From Marsupella aquatica (taxonomy: Eukaryota; Plantae; Marchantiophyta): DNA of 64,000 bases. Below are positions 50,438 through 62,814 of this stretch, piece after piece. The notes beneath the pieces were generated by a model. It was given only the letters and a program-made list of their open reading frames with translations. It made no database searches and had not been told where the DNA came from. The stretch covers positions 2,418,001 to 2,482,000 of the forward strand of contig OZ316896.1 in assembly GCA_973895155.1 (NCBI GenBank), written 5' to 3'. The stretch's first letter is position 1. The number at the start of each line of letters is the position of its first letter. The translations under genes and the position numbers were made by a program.

Positions 50438-53400
50438 CTCACATGTGAGTTGCCCTTCACAACGCGGCTCTCAAACTAAAACTTGTCATCATATTATTCA
50501 CTTAGGCTTTGATGTCAAAAGCCCCTGGTCAGGCAGGCTTGCCAACATCTTTTGGGGAAACCCACGGGCAAAGGCTGCAACCTTCCTCCCCTTGCAGGTC
50601 CCACCCTCTACATGGGGATTACAACATATATATAAGCCCTTCATAATTCTCCTAAGCGGAGGGTACCTCAAAGATGAGTCTCAAACTCAGGCGTGCACAC
50701 ATGACATGTAGAGGGAAAGAAGATTGAGTAGATATTCTTTTTTTCAGAAATTGTAGCTTGATTGAGGGTTGCATTGTGAAGGGCCGCTATGAGACAGCAA
50801 AGCAAAAGGTGGAAGTAATCTATGGGAAAGATGATGAAGAAAAAGGGATAGAGAATCCACAACCGGATGATATTGCGAATGACTGTTAAAGGAAGCAAAA
50901 AGTTGACCAGGCTGACAACAATGACAACAATGACATTGTCAATAAAAGGTACTATATGATTTGATTTAATCTATTTCTCCACTTCACTGTTCAGTGTGTT
51001 TGTTCACTGTGAGGTTCATTGATTTTCTCATGATTGATTCTTGTATTGGTCCAATGCAGTAAAGACTTACGGCCATTCAGGTCAATTAAACTTGATAAGG
51101 GTGGAGACCTCAAATGAAGTCGCGCGTGGGCCAGGCTATGGTACTAAAAGAGAGCCATCAGCACACTACGCACAACGACCCATAGTTCATAGAAACTTTT
51201 CACTAGGACAATTTGGGGAATTTTTGGCCAGCAAGAGGAGCAGCTTGGAGTGAGACATGATCAGTGTGAATCAAAATTTTCACTCTATCACTAACTATAG
51301 TACAATTTCAATCAATTTAACCAATTGTTGATTCAGGTGAATACCTAGCCCAGACCACAACTTAGGCAAATTGACTATGCAAGTAAGGGATACAATTTGA
51401 ATGTGAATAGTGTAACAGAACATTGACACGCATAACTAGTGTAGATCTCTAGAGCGGGAACCATTATGTACATTTCACTATGCAGATTATTTTACGGTGC
51501 AAATTACAACACAATAGCACACTCAAACTGTTTATGAGCATTATCTTAGTATGTTTCAGATTTTTTTATAGATATTCATTCTACACAGTCTTTTATTTTA
51601 CGGATGACAACACAATAGCACACTCAAACTCTTCATGAACATTATTGTTTAGAGATTAATATTTTGCAGATTCTTTTATTATATGGATAATTTCATGCTT
51701 CAATGACGAATTGGTTCTTGGAATGCTTTTTAAATTGGATGATTTGGAAGAAGTTATTTCAATGGTGGACCTGCGTTGAAATAACCTGAGTGTTGTTGAT
51801 GATTATGGTTCTTTCAAGCGTCTGGCACATGGCTGGCATGTGTCACAATCATCTGCACGCTGCCTAACACCCCGTGGTGTGCTGGTATATGACTGACATG
51901 TGACAGTCATATGTAGCCCAAAGTCGATACAGGTGGTAATTGGCATTCAAATACACTTAACTGGTAATGAGAAATTAAAAATGATAGGTGGAGAAACTGG
52001 ACAAGGACCATAATAATGGAAACCATGACCTTAAAGTGAGACATTTAGGGCTGCATTGTGAAGGGCCACTCACATGCGACCCTCAATGAGCAACAAAGTT
52101 TTGTAAAGCTCAATTCACATTTGAGCAAGTTTCTTGCAAAAGTCAGTTCCATCTTGAGCTGAAATTTGTGCAGCCAAAACCTGAGCTTCTTGGACCTATC
52201 ATAGCACTAATAGGCTCCTTCACTCCTATGCCCTATAATTTGCATACCGACTTAGGCGGGACGACTCTCTGCAGCCTGCCTGGTGACCAAACTGGTCCTA
52301 CTTTTATCTGTTGCTAACCCAATCAATAGGTAAAATTGCATTCTTTGTACATTTCCCACTTAGCTTTTTTAGTGGTACTCATAAAGTAGAAAACCACACT
52401 ATAGTCTTGGGACTATGGATAGGCTGAACAAATGACAAAGGAATAAAACAAAGGTAGGCTTGCAGTGGGTTGTGGTCCCTGATATGCATAAAAGAAACTA
52501 ATGTTGACAAGCTAGGAGCAATAACCAACACAAGATTCTCCTGCAAGTGCTCTAAGATCATAGTTACAAAAGCAAACTACTGAAAGCAAATGTAAGGACA
52601 ATAAAAGGGAATAAACTTATCAACAGATACAATACATGAAACGTAAATAACACTGAAGCCAAAAGAAGAGGATGAAATTGCATGGCATTTTGACCTAGCA
52701 AACATAGTCGCGCACACTCTGTGAGTGAATAGGTGACCAAAAGCTAGAAGCAAACAAGAGCATGCAAGCTGAGCACAGGAGCGACAAACGGATGGATCAG
52801 AATTGACCCAGCAGGGAGATGTGGCCCCATAATAAAAGAACACACAATCTGAAAGTACAATAAAAATCATACAGTTGAAGCTACGAGAGATATATATGGT
52901 CTCTCATATGTCTCCTCGCATACGCAAGTTTACATACGGTCACCCTATATCTGGTAACGGAGACCATATGGCCTTCATCCTATACAGACCAGCAATTCAC
53001 TGAGCAAGATGTACCCGACTGAACCGCCTTACGTGCCAGGTCTGACAGCACTATCCATGCATTTCCAAAGGCAAGGGCCGGAAGCTTTCAAACCCTTGCA
53101 AGTCTTGATCTTTGTCTTGTGAAAAAAACAAGAAAAACTGTACACTCTTCCAAATTTTGTAGTCCTTGAATATAAGGGAACTAGATTTGTGTGGGGAACC
53201 AGGTTTTGTTATCAAGGAAGCTATGCTACTTTTCCCCGTATCAGTATCGGGACTCCAAAGGGCCGCAACCTTGAAGGTTCGCAGATGCAAGTTGGCCCTT
53301 ACAAAATTTTGTTGCTCGATTGAGGGCCGCGTTGTGAAGGACTCCTCACATGCCAATTGGGGAGTGTGGGGCTCCGTTGAGGGCTGCATTGTGAAGGGCC

Positions 53401-53470
53401 CCTCACATGCCAATTGGGGAGTGTGTCGCTCAGTTGAGGTTGCATTATGACTGGTTGCTCATGTGTGAGT
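50438..53470. mobile_element. Probable decayed DNA-transposon region with reiterated motif gagggc(t/c)gc(a/g)ttgtgaagggc..ctcacatg
   Basis: Motif at ~50440 (inverted), 50765, 52048, 53322 and 53378. Inverted pair at 52080-52123 / 53282-53326. No intact ORF. Confidence 0.4.
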
Positions 53471-53514
53471 TGGACCGTAATACCTGTCAGGGAAAAAGGT
53501 TACCAATGTGTAAC

Positions 53515-54170
53515 CTTTTCTACTAGGTGCCACCATTTCCATAACTTGTGCCAAGAAAGTCTTGCCCCATAATTTTTTTCCTGAGCAGGTATTATGTATG
53601 ATACTGACTCTTTGGGTTGGGGTTCTAGTCTGAAACCCGTTCTAGTCTGAAACCACAATGCTGTTATGGTCGAATATCATTTCCTCACTTTCTGGTCCCA
53701 AGGTTACACACTAGTATCCCTGGGCCAAACATCATTACCCTTTAGTTACAAGGGGCAACCAGTTCCTCACTTTCTGGTCACAAGGTTACACACTAGTGTA
53801 TCCCTGGGCCAAAAGTAGTAATTCCTGTTAGGAATAAAAGTTTCTACTAGGTGCCACCATTTCCATAACCCTTTGCCTAGAAAATCTTGTCCAGTAAATG
53901 TTTTTTGGACAGGTATTATGTACTATAATGAATGTTTGGGATGGGGTTAGTGTCTTTAACCTGTTCCCACAAAACCTGTTCCCACAAAGCTCAGAAAAAA
54001 CTTCTCTACTTTCTGGTCAGAGGGGTTATAGACCACTAACCCTTTCCTCACTTTCTGGCCAGGGTTATAATCACTTTCAGGCCAGGGTTATAATCACTTT
54101 CAGGCCAGGGTTATAATCTAGTAACCCCACACCAAGCCATCATTACACTATACATTACCCTTTACTTACA
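53515..54170. repeat. Nested direct repeats
   Basis: tttctactaggtgccaccatttccataac at ~53517 and 53842; ttcctcactttctgg and ggccagggttataatc reiterated. Confidence 0.75.
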
Positions 54171-54692
54171 AGAGGCTTTACTTACAAGAGGCACAAGAGG
54201 CACAGACCCCAGTGCGATTCAATCCCCTCCAGTGTACACGAGCACCTCAGTCGGGACCGGGTGGAGCGAACTTTCATTGTTGATTTACCAGATTGGCTGG
54301 CCGGAGCACTTGGAAGTGCAATCGAAAGCACTGACCCTGGACAGAATCATGCCGCGCTCCTAGGGACAAGCTCATCCCTTGCCAGAATTTGAGTTTTCTG
54401 CCCCAGTTTGGACACAGTGCCATTGTCGAGCATCGGTTTGAGGCATTGTGCATTTAGGGTCTTGCTCGTTGCACTTTGAAGATGCAGGATTTGTCTCTCG
54501 CTCAGGCCCGATTTTTGCCGGTGAATTGGCAATCTCTCGCTTTGCACTCTGTATTTGCGTCTGATTCGAGAAGTGAATGCTCCGTTGAGTTGTGGACAGG
54601 TGAAAGAACAGTTAGGGTTTTGTGGGAGCTTTCGCGTAGGAGGTGATAGGCTCGACTTTTTTTTCTTAAGAAGTGGTACTACCGTAGAGAAG

Positions 54693-56225
54693 ATGGCGTT
54701 GAAGTTTCTAAATAAAAAGGGATGGCATACGGGGAGTTTGAAGAATCTGGAAACAGTTTGGAAGGCGGAGCAGAAGCACGAAGCAGAGCAAAAGAAATTG
54801 GCTGAGTTGAAAGTGCAGCTGCACAAGGAGCGAGAAGCTGAGGAATTGCGGCAGCTTCACATTGCGTCTGGCATTGCTCCGCGGCAGGATCGTCTTGAGT
54901 TTCTCTATGACGCTGGACTTGGAGTTGGAGGTGGAGCGAGTAGTAGCAAGCCTTCGACGACTGAAGAAAAGAATTCTGCAAAGACCTCATTAGAACCCGG
55001 CAAGCAGAACAGAGGGGAGCAGCCATCAGGTGAGACATTTGCCCCAGCCGTTCCAGGAGCTCTGTTCTCGCAGACGAATTTCGTATCTGCAAACGATAAG
55101 TGGCGGAAGATTCACAGCGATCCGCTGTTCCTCATCAAGCAGCAGGAACTGGCAGCGCTGGACCGCATAAGAAAGAACCCGGTGAAGATGCAGATGCTGG
55201 AAAGTCAAGCGCGTAAGACACTGAAGCCAGAGAAGGGCAAGGCTGCGGCTGACAGCAGAAAGCACAAAAAAAGAAAGCATGAACGAAATGACGATGAACA
55301 CCGTCGGAGGAAGCATGAACGGAACGAGGATGAACGCAATAGGAGGAAACATGACCGGAAAGATGATGATCACGATATGACCAAGCGCGACCGGGAAGAG
55401 GATGAACAGCAGAGGAGGACTCGTGAACCGGAAGAGGATAGAGCTCGTAGGAGGATGCATGAAAGCGAGGAGGATGAACCACGTAGGAGGAGGCCTGAAC
55501 CGGAGAAGGGTGAGACTCTTAGCAGGAAGCATAAATGGCAGGAGGATGACAAACACGGGAGGAATCATGGACTGGGAGAGGATGACAACAATAAGATGAA
55601 CAATGACAGGGAAGGGGATGAACCTCGTAGAAGGAGGCATGAGCCGGAAAGGGGTGGAAATCCCAGCAGGAAGCATGCACGGGAGGAGGATGACAACCAC
55701 AGGAATTATGGACGGGGTGAGGACGACAACTATAAGAGCAAGCATGGGGATGTACCCAGGAGGAGGATGCATGAAAGGGAAGATGATGCACCCCGTACGA
55801 AGAAGCATGAACGAGAAGAGGTTGACAATCCTAGCAGGATGCATGAACGACAGGATGATGACAAGCACTCGAAGAGTCATGGACGGAGAGAGCATGACAA
55901 TTACAGGATCACGCATGACAGGAAAGAGGATGGACCTCGTAGGGGGATGCATGAAAGGGGAGAGGATGAACCCCGGGGGAGGAAGGATGATAGAGAAGTG
56001 GGTACGTTTCTTAGAAAAAAGCACTATCAGGAAGACAACCGCAGGAGAAGTCATGGACGGGGAGAGGATGACAACTATAAGAGGAAGAATGACTGGGAAG
56101 AGGGTGAAACCCCTAGGAGGAAGAATGAACGGGACGAGGATGACATGCACAGGGGGAGTTATGGACCGGTAGAGGATGGATCCCCTAGGAGGAAGTCTCT
56201 CGTACAAAGCCTTAGAAGTGACTGA
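54693..56225 (+). CDS. CWC25: Pre-mRNA splicing factor CWC25 homolog, intronless CDS with charged repeat tail
   Basis: MALKFLNKKGWHTGSLKNLETVWKAEQKHEAEQKKL (CIR N-terminal domain), RQDRLEFLY and SANDKWRKIHSDPLFLIKQQE. ATG at 54693; telo-box TAGGGTTT at 54613. Confidence 0.88.
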   Translation: MALKFLNKKGWHTGSLKNLETVWKAEQKHEAEQKKLAELKVQLHKEREAEELRQLHIASGIAPRQDRLEFLYDAGLGVGGGASSSKPSTTEEKNSAKTSLEPGKQNRGEQPSGETFAPAVPGALFSQTNFVSANDKWRKIHSDPLFLIKQQELAALDRIRKNPVKMQMLESQARKTLKPEKGKAAADSRKHKKRKHERNDDEHRRRKHERNEDERNRRKHDRKDDDHDMTKRDREEDEQQRRTREPEEDRARRRMHESEEDEPRRRRPEPEKGETLSRKHKWQEDDKHGRNHGLGEDDNNKMNNDREGDEPRRRRHEPERGGNPSRKHAREEDDNHRNYGRGEDDNYKSKHGDVPRRRMHEREDDAPRTKKHEREEVDNPSRMHERQDDDKHSKSHGRREHDNYRITHDRKEDGPRRGMHERGEDEPRGRKDDREVGTFLRKKHYQEDNRRRSHGRGEDDNYKRKNDWEEGETPRRKNERDEDDMHRGSYGPVEDGSPRRKSLVQSLRSD

Positions 56226-57584
56226 TGCAAGTGCCTAAAGCTTAACTGAAAGATCGCGTGGCAGCTGTGAAGTTGTCGATAGGAACTTGCAGGGATCATG
56301 CTTGTCCTCGGTATATAATAGGACCTACATAAGTAGGAAAATGGGATGTGATCCTTGATTAGCCAGCAGAGAGCCTAAACCTCTCCTTCGCGAAACGGAT
56401 TGAAACAATTTGTGCCAAGGACTACTGCCGATTATCTGTCTTCGTTGGGCCATCTATTTTCTGATGGAAGATTGCATTGCTTCGTCAACTCGGTAGATTT
56501 ATTTCCACTGGTAGAGCGTAGAAGTTATAGTGACGAGTTTCCTAATTTAGTCTCCTGACTGAAAGGGGAATGCATATTTTTGCTAGTTGTCGAAAATTTA
56601 TCGAAAATTGGTCGAGCTTTCCTGCAAGGTTTCATAGATTTAGGGGTTTGATGTTCACTTGCCTAGATGGTCAAGTTATCACTTCCTTCTGTGACCCACT
56701 GTCGGTTGGATTAGACCCCGAATTGCAGCGTGAGAAGCTCGGGCAGCTATGTAGAGGTTGAATTGAGTAAATTTGAATCTCAATTCTATCATTTCAAATG
56801 GATTGGGTTGGTTTTGCACTGGATACCACTGGATGCGTCAGAGAGAGAATTGCAGTTTGTCAGATTCATTTTTGTAGTGAAGAAATGCAACAAGAGAGCG
56901 AGGGAGAAAAAAGAAGAACCCAGTCTGGCTTTTCCAGTGTCTGAACGACGGCTTAAGTAAGAGATTGAAGTGAGCGTTACCTTCTTTGTCTTGGATGTAA
57001 GACGATACTGTTGTCTTGAGGGCCCACTTCATCACTTCGGTCTCTTTGTCTATCAGTAGAGTATTTGCTTCCAAATGAGTTGTCAAGTGCAAGAGCTTGC
57101 AGTGCCGTTCTGGTGAATGATAGAACTTTAAAATCTCTGTAATAGCCGATCAAACTGAGGCAGCAGATTTCATCGCTGCTGCTTATCATTGCGCTTTTAA
57201 TTAAGCAGAAACTAAAAATAATTCCACCTGGCAGGCTTACAACCGGTCTTGACGCTCGATCTGTGAATGCACGGGTCGATGTGACTGCACTGCAATTGCT
57301 TTCATTTCGTTCCATGAAACCTTTCTTGAACACATATTCTTCATCTACCGTATACAAAGGGAATTCGAAGCCTGCATATCTCCTTTTATTGATCAAGAAG
57401 GGTCACTCCACTACGACAGACCTTGCAGTTTGCACACCAGATTCGGAAACCTGAACTGTCTACTACAGTGTTGCAAAGAAGTACCACAAGTCCATGATAA
57501 CCCCTCGACTGCCTCATGCCACCGCGTGTCCCTTGAACGTATCTCGTTGCAAAAACCCCATGACCTAGACCGATTCTCTGCAAT

Positions 57585-58133
57585 CTAGAACATTCTCAGG
57601 AGCTTATCAACTCCTGGTAAGCTCCTGGTATAGTCCTGTGGAAAACTAAACCCTGTCAGAACTCTCTTCTCTGTGTACAGGCGCCCCGTTAATGGCATGA
57701 CATTCCAATACATTGTCAAATTGAAGTCCGTTCCGCGTAGATGGCTTCCTTGGTCCACAAATGGATATTGATATTTGTGTCTCAAGCGACGATTAATCAA
57801 CGCATCTTCCTTCTTTTCTACGATCAGATCCCACAGAGAGATCTGATTGAGCTGGTTCTTGGCAGATGCGTACTCAGCAGCCACGAACACAAACAGCTGC
57901 TTGGTGTTCCAGGTGAATACCGACCGCAAATCTGCAGAAATCCCTAAAGTCAATTTCGCCTCATCGTTGCCATTGTTCAGTCTCTGCAGCACGTCCACGT
58001 TGAGAACCTCCAGATGAACCTCCGGCGACGCAGAATGCAAAGTATCCGTAAACGAAGCTAGCAAGCAGAGGCCGACCAAGACCGTGACCCCGAACGTGAG
58101 GACCGTATTGGCTCTAAACAGAACGGAGTGCAT
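57585..58133 (-). CDS. SPCS3: Signal peptidase complex subunit 3 (SPC22/23), intronless CDS
   Basis: MHSVLFRANTVLTF, one TM segment, ADLRSVFTWNTKQLFVFVAAEY...NQISLWD...DQGSHLRG...WNVMPLTG. The true ATG is at 58133; the longer ORF call starts at a non-ATG codon. Confidence 0.93.
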   Translation of the reverse strand: MHSVLFRANTVLTFGVTVLVGLCLLASFTDTLHSASPEVHLEVLNVDVLQRLNNGNDEAKLTLGISADLRSVFTWNTKQLFVFVAAEYASAKNQLNQISLWDLIVEKKEDALINRRLRHKYQYPFVDQGSHLRGTDFNLTMYWNVMPLTGRLYTEKRVLTGFSFPQDYTRSLPGVDKLLRMF

Positions 58134-58155
58134 GACTCGCCACCCTCTAAATTTT

Positions 58156-59203
58156 CTCTCTGAGGAGAACGGTGCTAACACAAATATAATACACAGTCAA
58201 AACACTGAGGTTCGCATAGCTTCAATTTTTGGTTGGCGAGCAGAAACCACACGTCGATGTGTAAACTAAGACCCACACTGGTTCGCCGACAACATTCAAG
58301 TAAATTCAGGCAACGAGTCTCGGACCAACAATTGATCCTTGCCGACGGATCCTGGCTTCGGGTCGATGTTCAAATTTTCGCCTGGCCTTGAACGAGAAGA
58401 CACTGTATCACGAGCTGCAATTCACCTACTTCAAAGCACCGCGTGGGCGACTCAATGCAGCTTCTCCCTCTGTAACAAGTTAATTAATAACGATTGTTAT
58501 ATTGTTATACGCCCGCACGGAAAGGAAAGGCCAACGCTCATCCTTGCCATAGCGGAAGACAAAGAATTCCTGTTTCAAATGACAAAGCTAATGAAAATGC
58601 AGAAGCCGACTCGATTGACCACCTCAAACAGGAAAAGAAACGAAAGGAAATGCCGACCCACTCCAAAAAATCCTCGACTGCCATCAAAATCGTTCGAGGA
58701 AAAACCGTAAAGCAATCCTAAAGAAGAAATCGATAATTACAGAAAACGGCCGGCAATGCCAAACTCCGAACCCGCTGAAAGCTGGAATCAACGGACAGAG
58801 AAACACATGACATAGGCAGAAGCAGCGACATCAAACACAAGAAATCACACTCCCCCACCGAAATCCTCACTGTCACTATCGACTCTCAAAAAAACCCCGA
58901 ACAGAACATATTCAAAGCATCGACCCAAAATTCGAAAATGTATCAAACCGAAAAAGACGATGCAAACCTGCTGCGCAACGAACCAACAACAACATCTACA
59001 GAGCTTCAGACGACAATCTGAACGATTTCCAAAGCTCACGACGACCTCGACTCCAACCAAATAGAAGAAACATGAAGTGCCCCCTTTACTCACCGCCACG
59101 CCTCGCTCATTTGCCGTCTCCTCAATAATCTCCCTCTCACAACGATCACGCCTTTCAGCCCTCCTCTCTCGATACCTTCTGCGCCTTCTAGTGGGAAAGA
59201 ATT
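58156..59203 (-). promoter_or_regulatory. SPCS3 5' leader (exon 1 + ~0.92-kb 5'UTR intron); left arm of the inverted duplication
   Basis: Reverse complement aligns end to end with 61739-62772. Donor GTGAGT at 59093-59088; acceptor TTAG ending at 58175. Confidence 0.8.
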
Positions 59204-59207
59204 CTGT

Positions 59208-59322
59208 AATTAGTGTTATGTCCAAATTAGTCACACTAATTTATATATGTACATTATTTAGTGAAACCACATCACGGTATTTAGTGTTATGTACAAATTA
59301 GTCACACTAATTTATTTATGTT
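59208..59322. repeat. Tandem duplication, ~72-bp period, at the edge of the inverted arm
   Basis: ttagtgttatgt(c/a)caaattagtcacactaatttat occurs twice. Confidence 0.8.
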
Positions 59323-59904
59323 AACTTGATCAGAAAGTAAAAGTAAGAGGGCTAGAGCATCTATTAGGAATGTAAGGGCTCGGGAACAGGAGAGCATTTT
59401 TTTGGTGTTGAGAGCTCTCTAGTAGTGGAGGGCTGGCTAAAGCATCTATTGAGTATAAAACCATTCTTGTATTTTTAGTAGAAATAACTTTTATTTACTT
59501 TGCCACTAAAGATGTTTTAATTGAAAATACCATGATTTCATATATGAATCATAAGTTTACCGAGGTAACCAGAGAACTATATACAAAAACAGTGACATTT
59601 TTGTAAATACAAAAAAAAATAGTGACAATATTATAAATTCAAACAACTTTAATGACAATGTACTTAAAAGCTGTTCATAGAAAATAAAAATGCTTTCCAA
59701 TCATGGCTCTACTGGTCCCCTTGTTCTCTGGAATATATCTCAGGGATTTGCAGCATGCGGGGTGCGGCCATAGCTGATGCCCGGACTCGGGGTTGGCTCT
59801 CATCATTGGCTGCTATATGACTCTCCCTGAACACACCTCGGACTCTCATCTTGTGACCGCATATTATTATCCTCCTCCCTCTTCAAGGCGATTCAAGTAA
59901 TTGA

Positions 59905-60142
59905 TATGCCATTCGGTATACATCTTGGCTTCCTAGGGAGTTTACATTGGAGTCTCGACGGGTACACATGTTGGCTTCCTAGGGCATATTCATTGGAGTA
60001 TCGACCGGTATAAGCTGTCTGCTCCACCGGCTGTGGTGGAGTACACATTGGTATATCGACGGGTACATGCTATCTGGCCGGCTGTGGTGGAGTACACATC
60101 GGAATATCGACGGGTACAAGCTGTCTGGCCGGCTGTGGTGGA
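59905..60142. repeat. Degenerate tandem repeat (~45-55 bp units)
   Basis: catt/cgg..t.tcgac(g/c)ggta(c/t)a..ct.tctg..ccggctgtggtgga reiterated. Confidence 0.75.
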
Positions 60143-60414
60143 TGGGGATGGCAAGTCCATTTCAGTTCTCGTGAAGGTTTTCTAGCCGATGTTTACTTCT
60201 TTGGCTACTCTCTTAGGATAGCATTCTATCCTCCTTGGGGTCCTCCCTCCCTCTCTCTTCTGCCTCCTCCCTTCTGGCGGTCGGGGGGGAGGTCGCCCTT
60301 CACCTTCACTGGGTGTGCTCCTTTCATTGCCCCCTTAATTGCTCTTGTTCCTTCCTGCCTTCTCCTCCCAGGCAGGCTTTGTTTTTCCTCTGGGTTCTCC
60401 TTGGAATAAAGTTT

Positions 60415-60468
60415 TAAAAATAAAAATAAAAAATAAAAAAATAAAAAAATAAAAAATAAAAATAAAAA
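60415..60468. repeat. (T-A4-7)n microsatellite
   Basis: taaaaataaaaataaaaaataaaaaa... Confidence 0.9.
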
Positions 60469-60874
60469 TGATGTGACTTATGGCCTTGAAGCACACCTAA
60501 GTCATTGGACAGAAACAACTGAGAACCAGATAGCAAAAATAATTCAATCATACATTCAAGTAACCCAGACTGGTTCATCTGACTAGTAACAAATCCAACC
60601 AAGCTGCCAATATTAACTGACTAGGAAAAGACCCAACCAGACTGCCTTGATCCGTACAAGTAGCCAATATTAACTACAATAACTAGTAACTAACCCAAGC
60701 AAACTACCTTCATCTATGCAAGCAGTGCAACCAAGTGACCCTGATCCATAGAAACAACCTGGTTCATCTAATAGTAACAAATTCTCAAGATTCTAATTAG
60801 ACTTCAAAATTTTGCAACTTCACTTCAAAATATGAAAACTAATAATTGCAATAACAAAATCCACTATGAGTGTA

Positions 60875-61495
60875 ATTCAATGATCAAGGTGATCTGATTC
60901 CGGCATGCAAAATCCTAGCTCTGCAAAAATCCATGTAATCCAATTGAGATACAGTTCAATGATTAAGTTAATATTATTCCAGTGTGCAAAATCCTCACCC
61001 TTCAAAAGTCCAGGTAATCCAATCGAGACACTTCCATGATCAAGTTAATCTTATTCTAGCGTGCTACATTCAAGTCCTGCAAAAGTTAGAGTAATCTAGT
61101 ATCAAAAGAATTCACTTATGAGGGATGATCCAGTATCTAAGTAATTCATTGATCACTGCAATCATAATATTGTAGTGTGCAACATCCAAGCCTTGCTAAG
61201 TTGTTGGGGTAATCTAGTATTGAAGTAATTCACTCATCAGGAATTATCTCATTCGAGTGTACTACATCCAAGCCCTCCAAAAATTGGGGTAACCTAGTAT
61301 CAAAGTAATTCACTTATCATATCTTATTCCAGTGTGCAAAATCAAAACCCTGTAAAAGGAGGGGTAATCCACTAGGCAACTAATCCACTCATTAACGTAA
61401 TCATATTGGATACCTTGTATTTATCAAAATGAAAACCCTGTAAAAATTGGGGTAATACATTAATCAAGTAATATACTCATTAAGGTAATCAAATG
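60875..61495. repeat. Degenerate tandem array, ~70-80-bp unit, about 8-9 copies
   Basis: Recurring tattccagtgtgcaaaatc...caaaa..ggggtaatc.a.t...agtaattcactcat. Confidence 0.75.
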
Positions 61496-61738
61496 GGCTA
61501 CCGTGTATGTATCCCTTTTTCATATTCTCCTAACCAACATCAATCGAATTATTACATGTACATGTATTCAGACGCTAAATTAAGGTCGTTTCGTTGGGTT
61601 TGTTACAGTAGGTCAAACTTGATTAATACAAGGTGGCTTAGATGCTTGTATTAATCAAGGAATAAAGGCCCCCTTGCGTTCTCAAATCGGTGATTGCGGA
61701 GTTTGCGACCGTGTTTCAAGCCAGTGTGAATTTGGAGG

Positions 61739-62772
61739 AACTCTTTCCGACGGCAAGGCGCAGAAAGGTAGCGAGGGAGGAGGGCGGAAAGGCGTGATCG
61801 CTGTGAGAGGGAGATCGTTGAGGAGACGGCAAATGAGCGAGGCGTGACTGTGAGTAAAGGGGTAGTTTATGTTTCATCCCTGTGGTTGGAGTTGAGGTCG
61901 TCGTGAGCTTTGGAAATTGTTTACAGATTGTCGTCTTAAGCTCTGTAGATAGTGTTGTTGGTTCGTTGCGCAGCAGGTTGCATCATCTTTTTCGGTTTGA
62001 TACTTTTTTCACTTTTGGGTCGATGCTTTTGAATATGTTCTGTTCGGGGTTTTGTGAGAGTCGCTGGTGACAGTGAGGGTTTCGGTGGGGGATTGTGATT
62101 TCTTTGTGTTTGATTTCGCTGTATAAGCCCGGTGATTCCAGCATTTAGCGGGTGCGGAGGTTGGGATTGCGGGCCGTGTTTCTGAAATTATCGATCTCTT
62201 CTTTAGGGTTGCCTTACGGTTTTTCCTCGAACGTATTTGATGGCAGTCGAGGATTGTTTGGTAGCAGTCGAGAAATGGGTCTGGCATTTCTGTTGTTTCT
62301 TTTCCTGTTTGTGGTGACCTATCGAGTCGGCTTCTCATGTTCATTAGGTTTATCATTTGAAATACAAATCTTTGTCTTCCTTTTTGGCAAAGGATGAGCC
62401 CTGGCCTCTCCTCTCTGTACGTATAACAATCGTTATCAATTAACTTGTTACAGAGGGAGAAGCTGCATTGAGTGGACTACGTGGTGCTTTGAAGTGGGGG
62501 AATTGCAGCTCGTGAAACACTGACTTCTCCTTCAAGACCAGGCGAAAATCTGAACATTGACCCAAAGCCAGCATCCTTCGGCGAGGTGCATTGTTGGCCC
62601 GAGACTCGTTGCCTGAATTGACTTGAATGTTGTCGGCGGACCAGTGTGGGTCTTAGTTTACACATCGACGTGTGATTTCTGCTCGCCAACGAAAAATTGA
62701 AGCTATGCGTATCTTAGTGTTTTGACTTTGTATTTTATTTTTATGCATGCAGGCACCGTTCTTCTCAGAGAG
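61739..62772 (+). promoter_or_regulatory. SPCS1 5' leader (exon 1 + ~0.90-kb 5'UTR intron); right arm of the inverted duplication
   Basis: Donor GTGAGT at 61850; T-rich tract and TGCAG acceptor ending at 62752. Homologous throughout to the reverse complement of 58156-59203. Confidence 0.8.
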
Positions 62773-62814
62773 GACATTACAGACACTACAGAGGAGTAAT
62801 TCCAGTGGAGCAAC

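Noticed and set aside
55026-56207. 393-aa minus-strand ORF and other overlapping ORFs
   Set aside because: Shadow ORFs produced by the purine-rich CWC25 repeat tail.
60875-61495. Regularly spaced repeats resembling a CRISPR array
   Set aside because: The whole unit is degenerate, with no constant repeat and unique spacer pattern, no cas genes, and a eukaryotic context.
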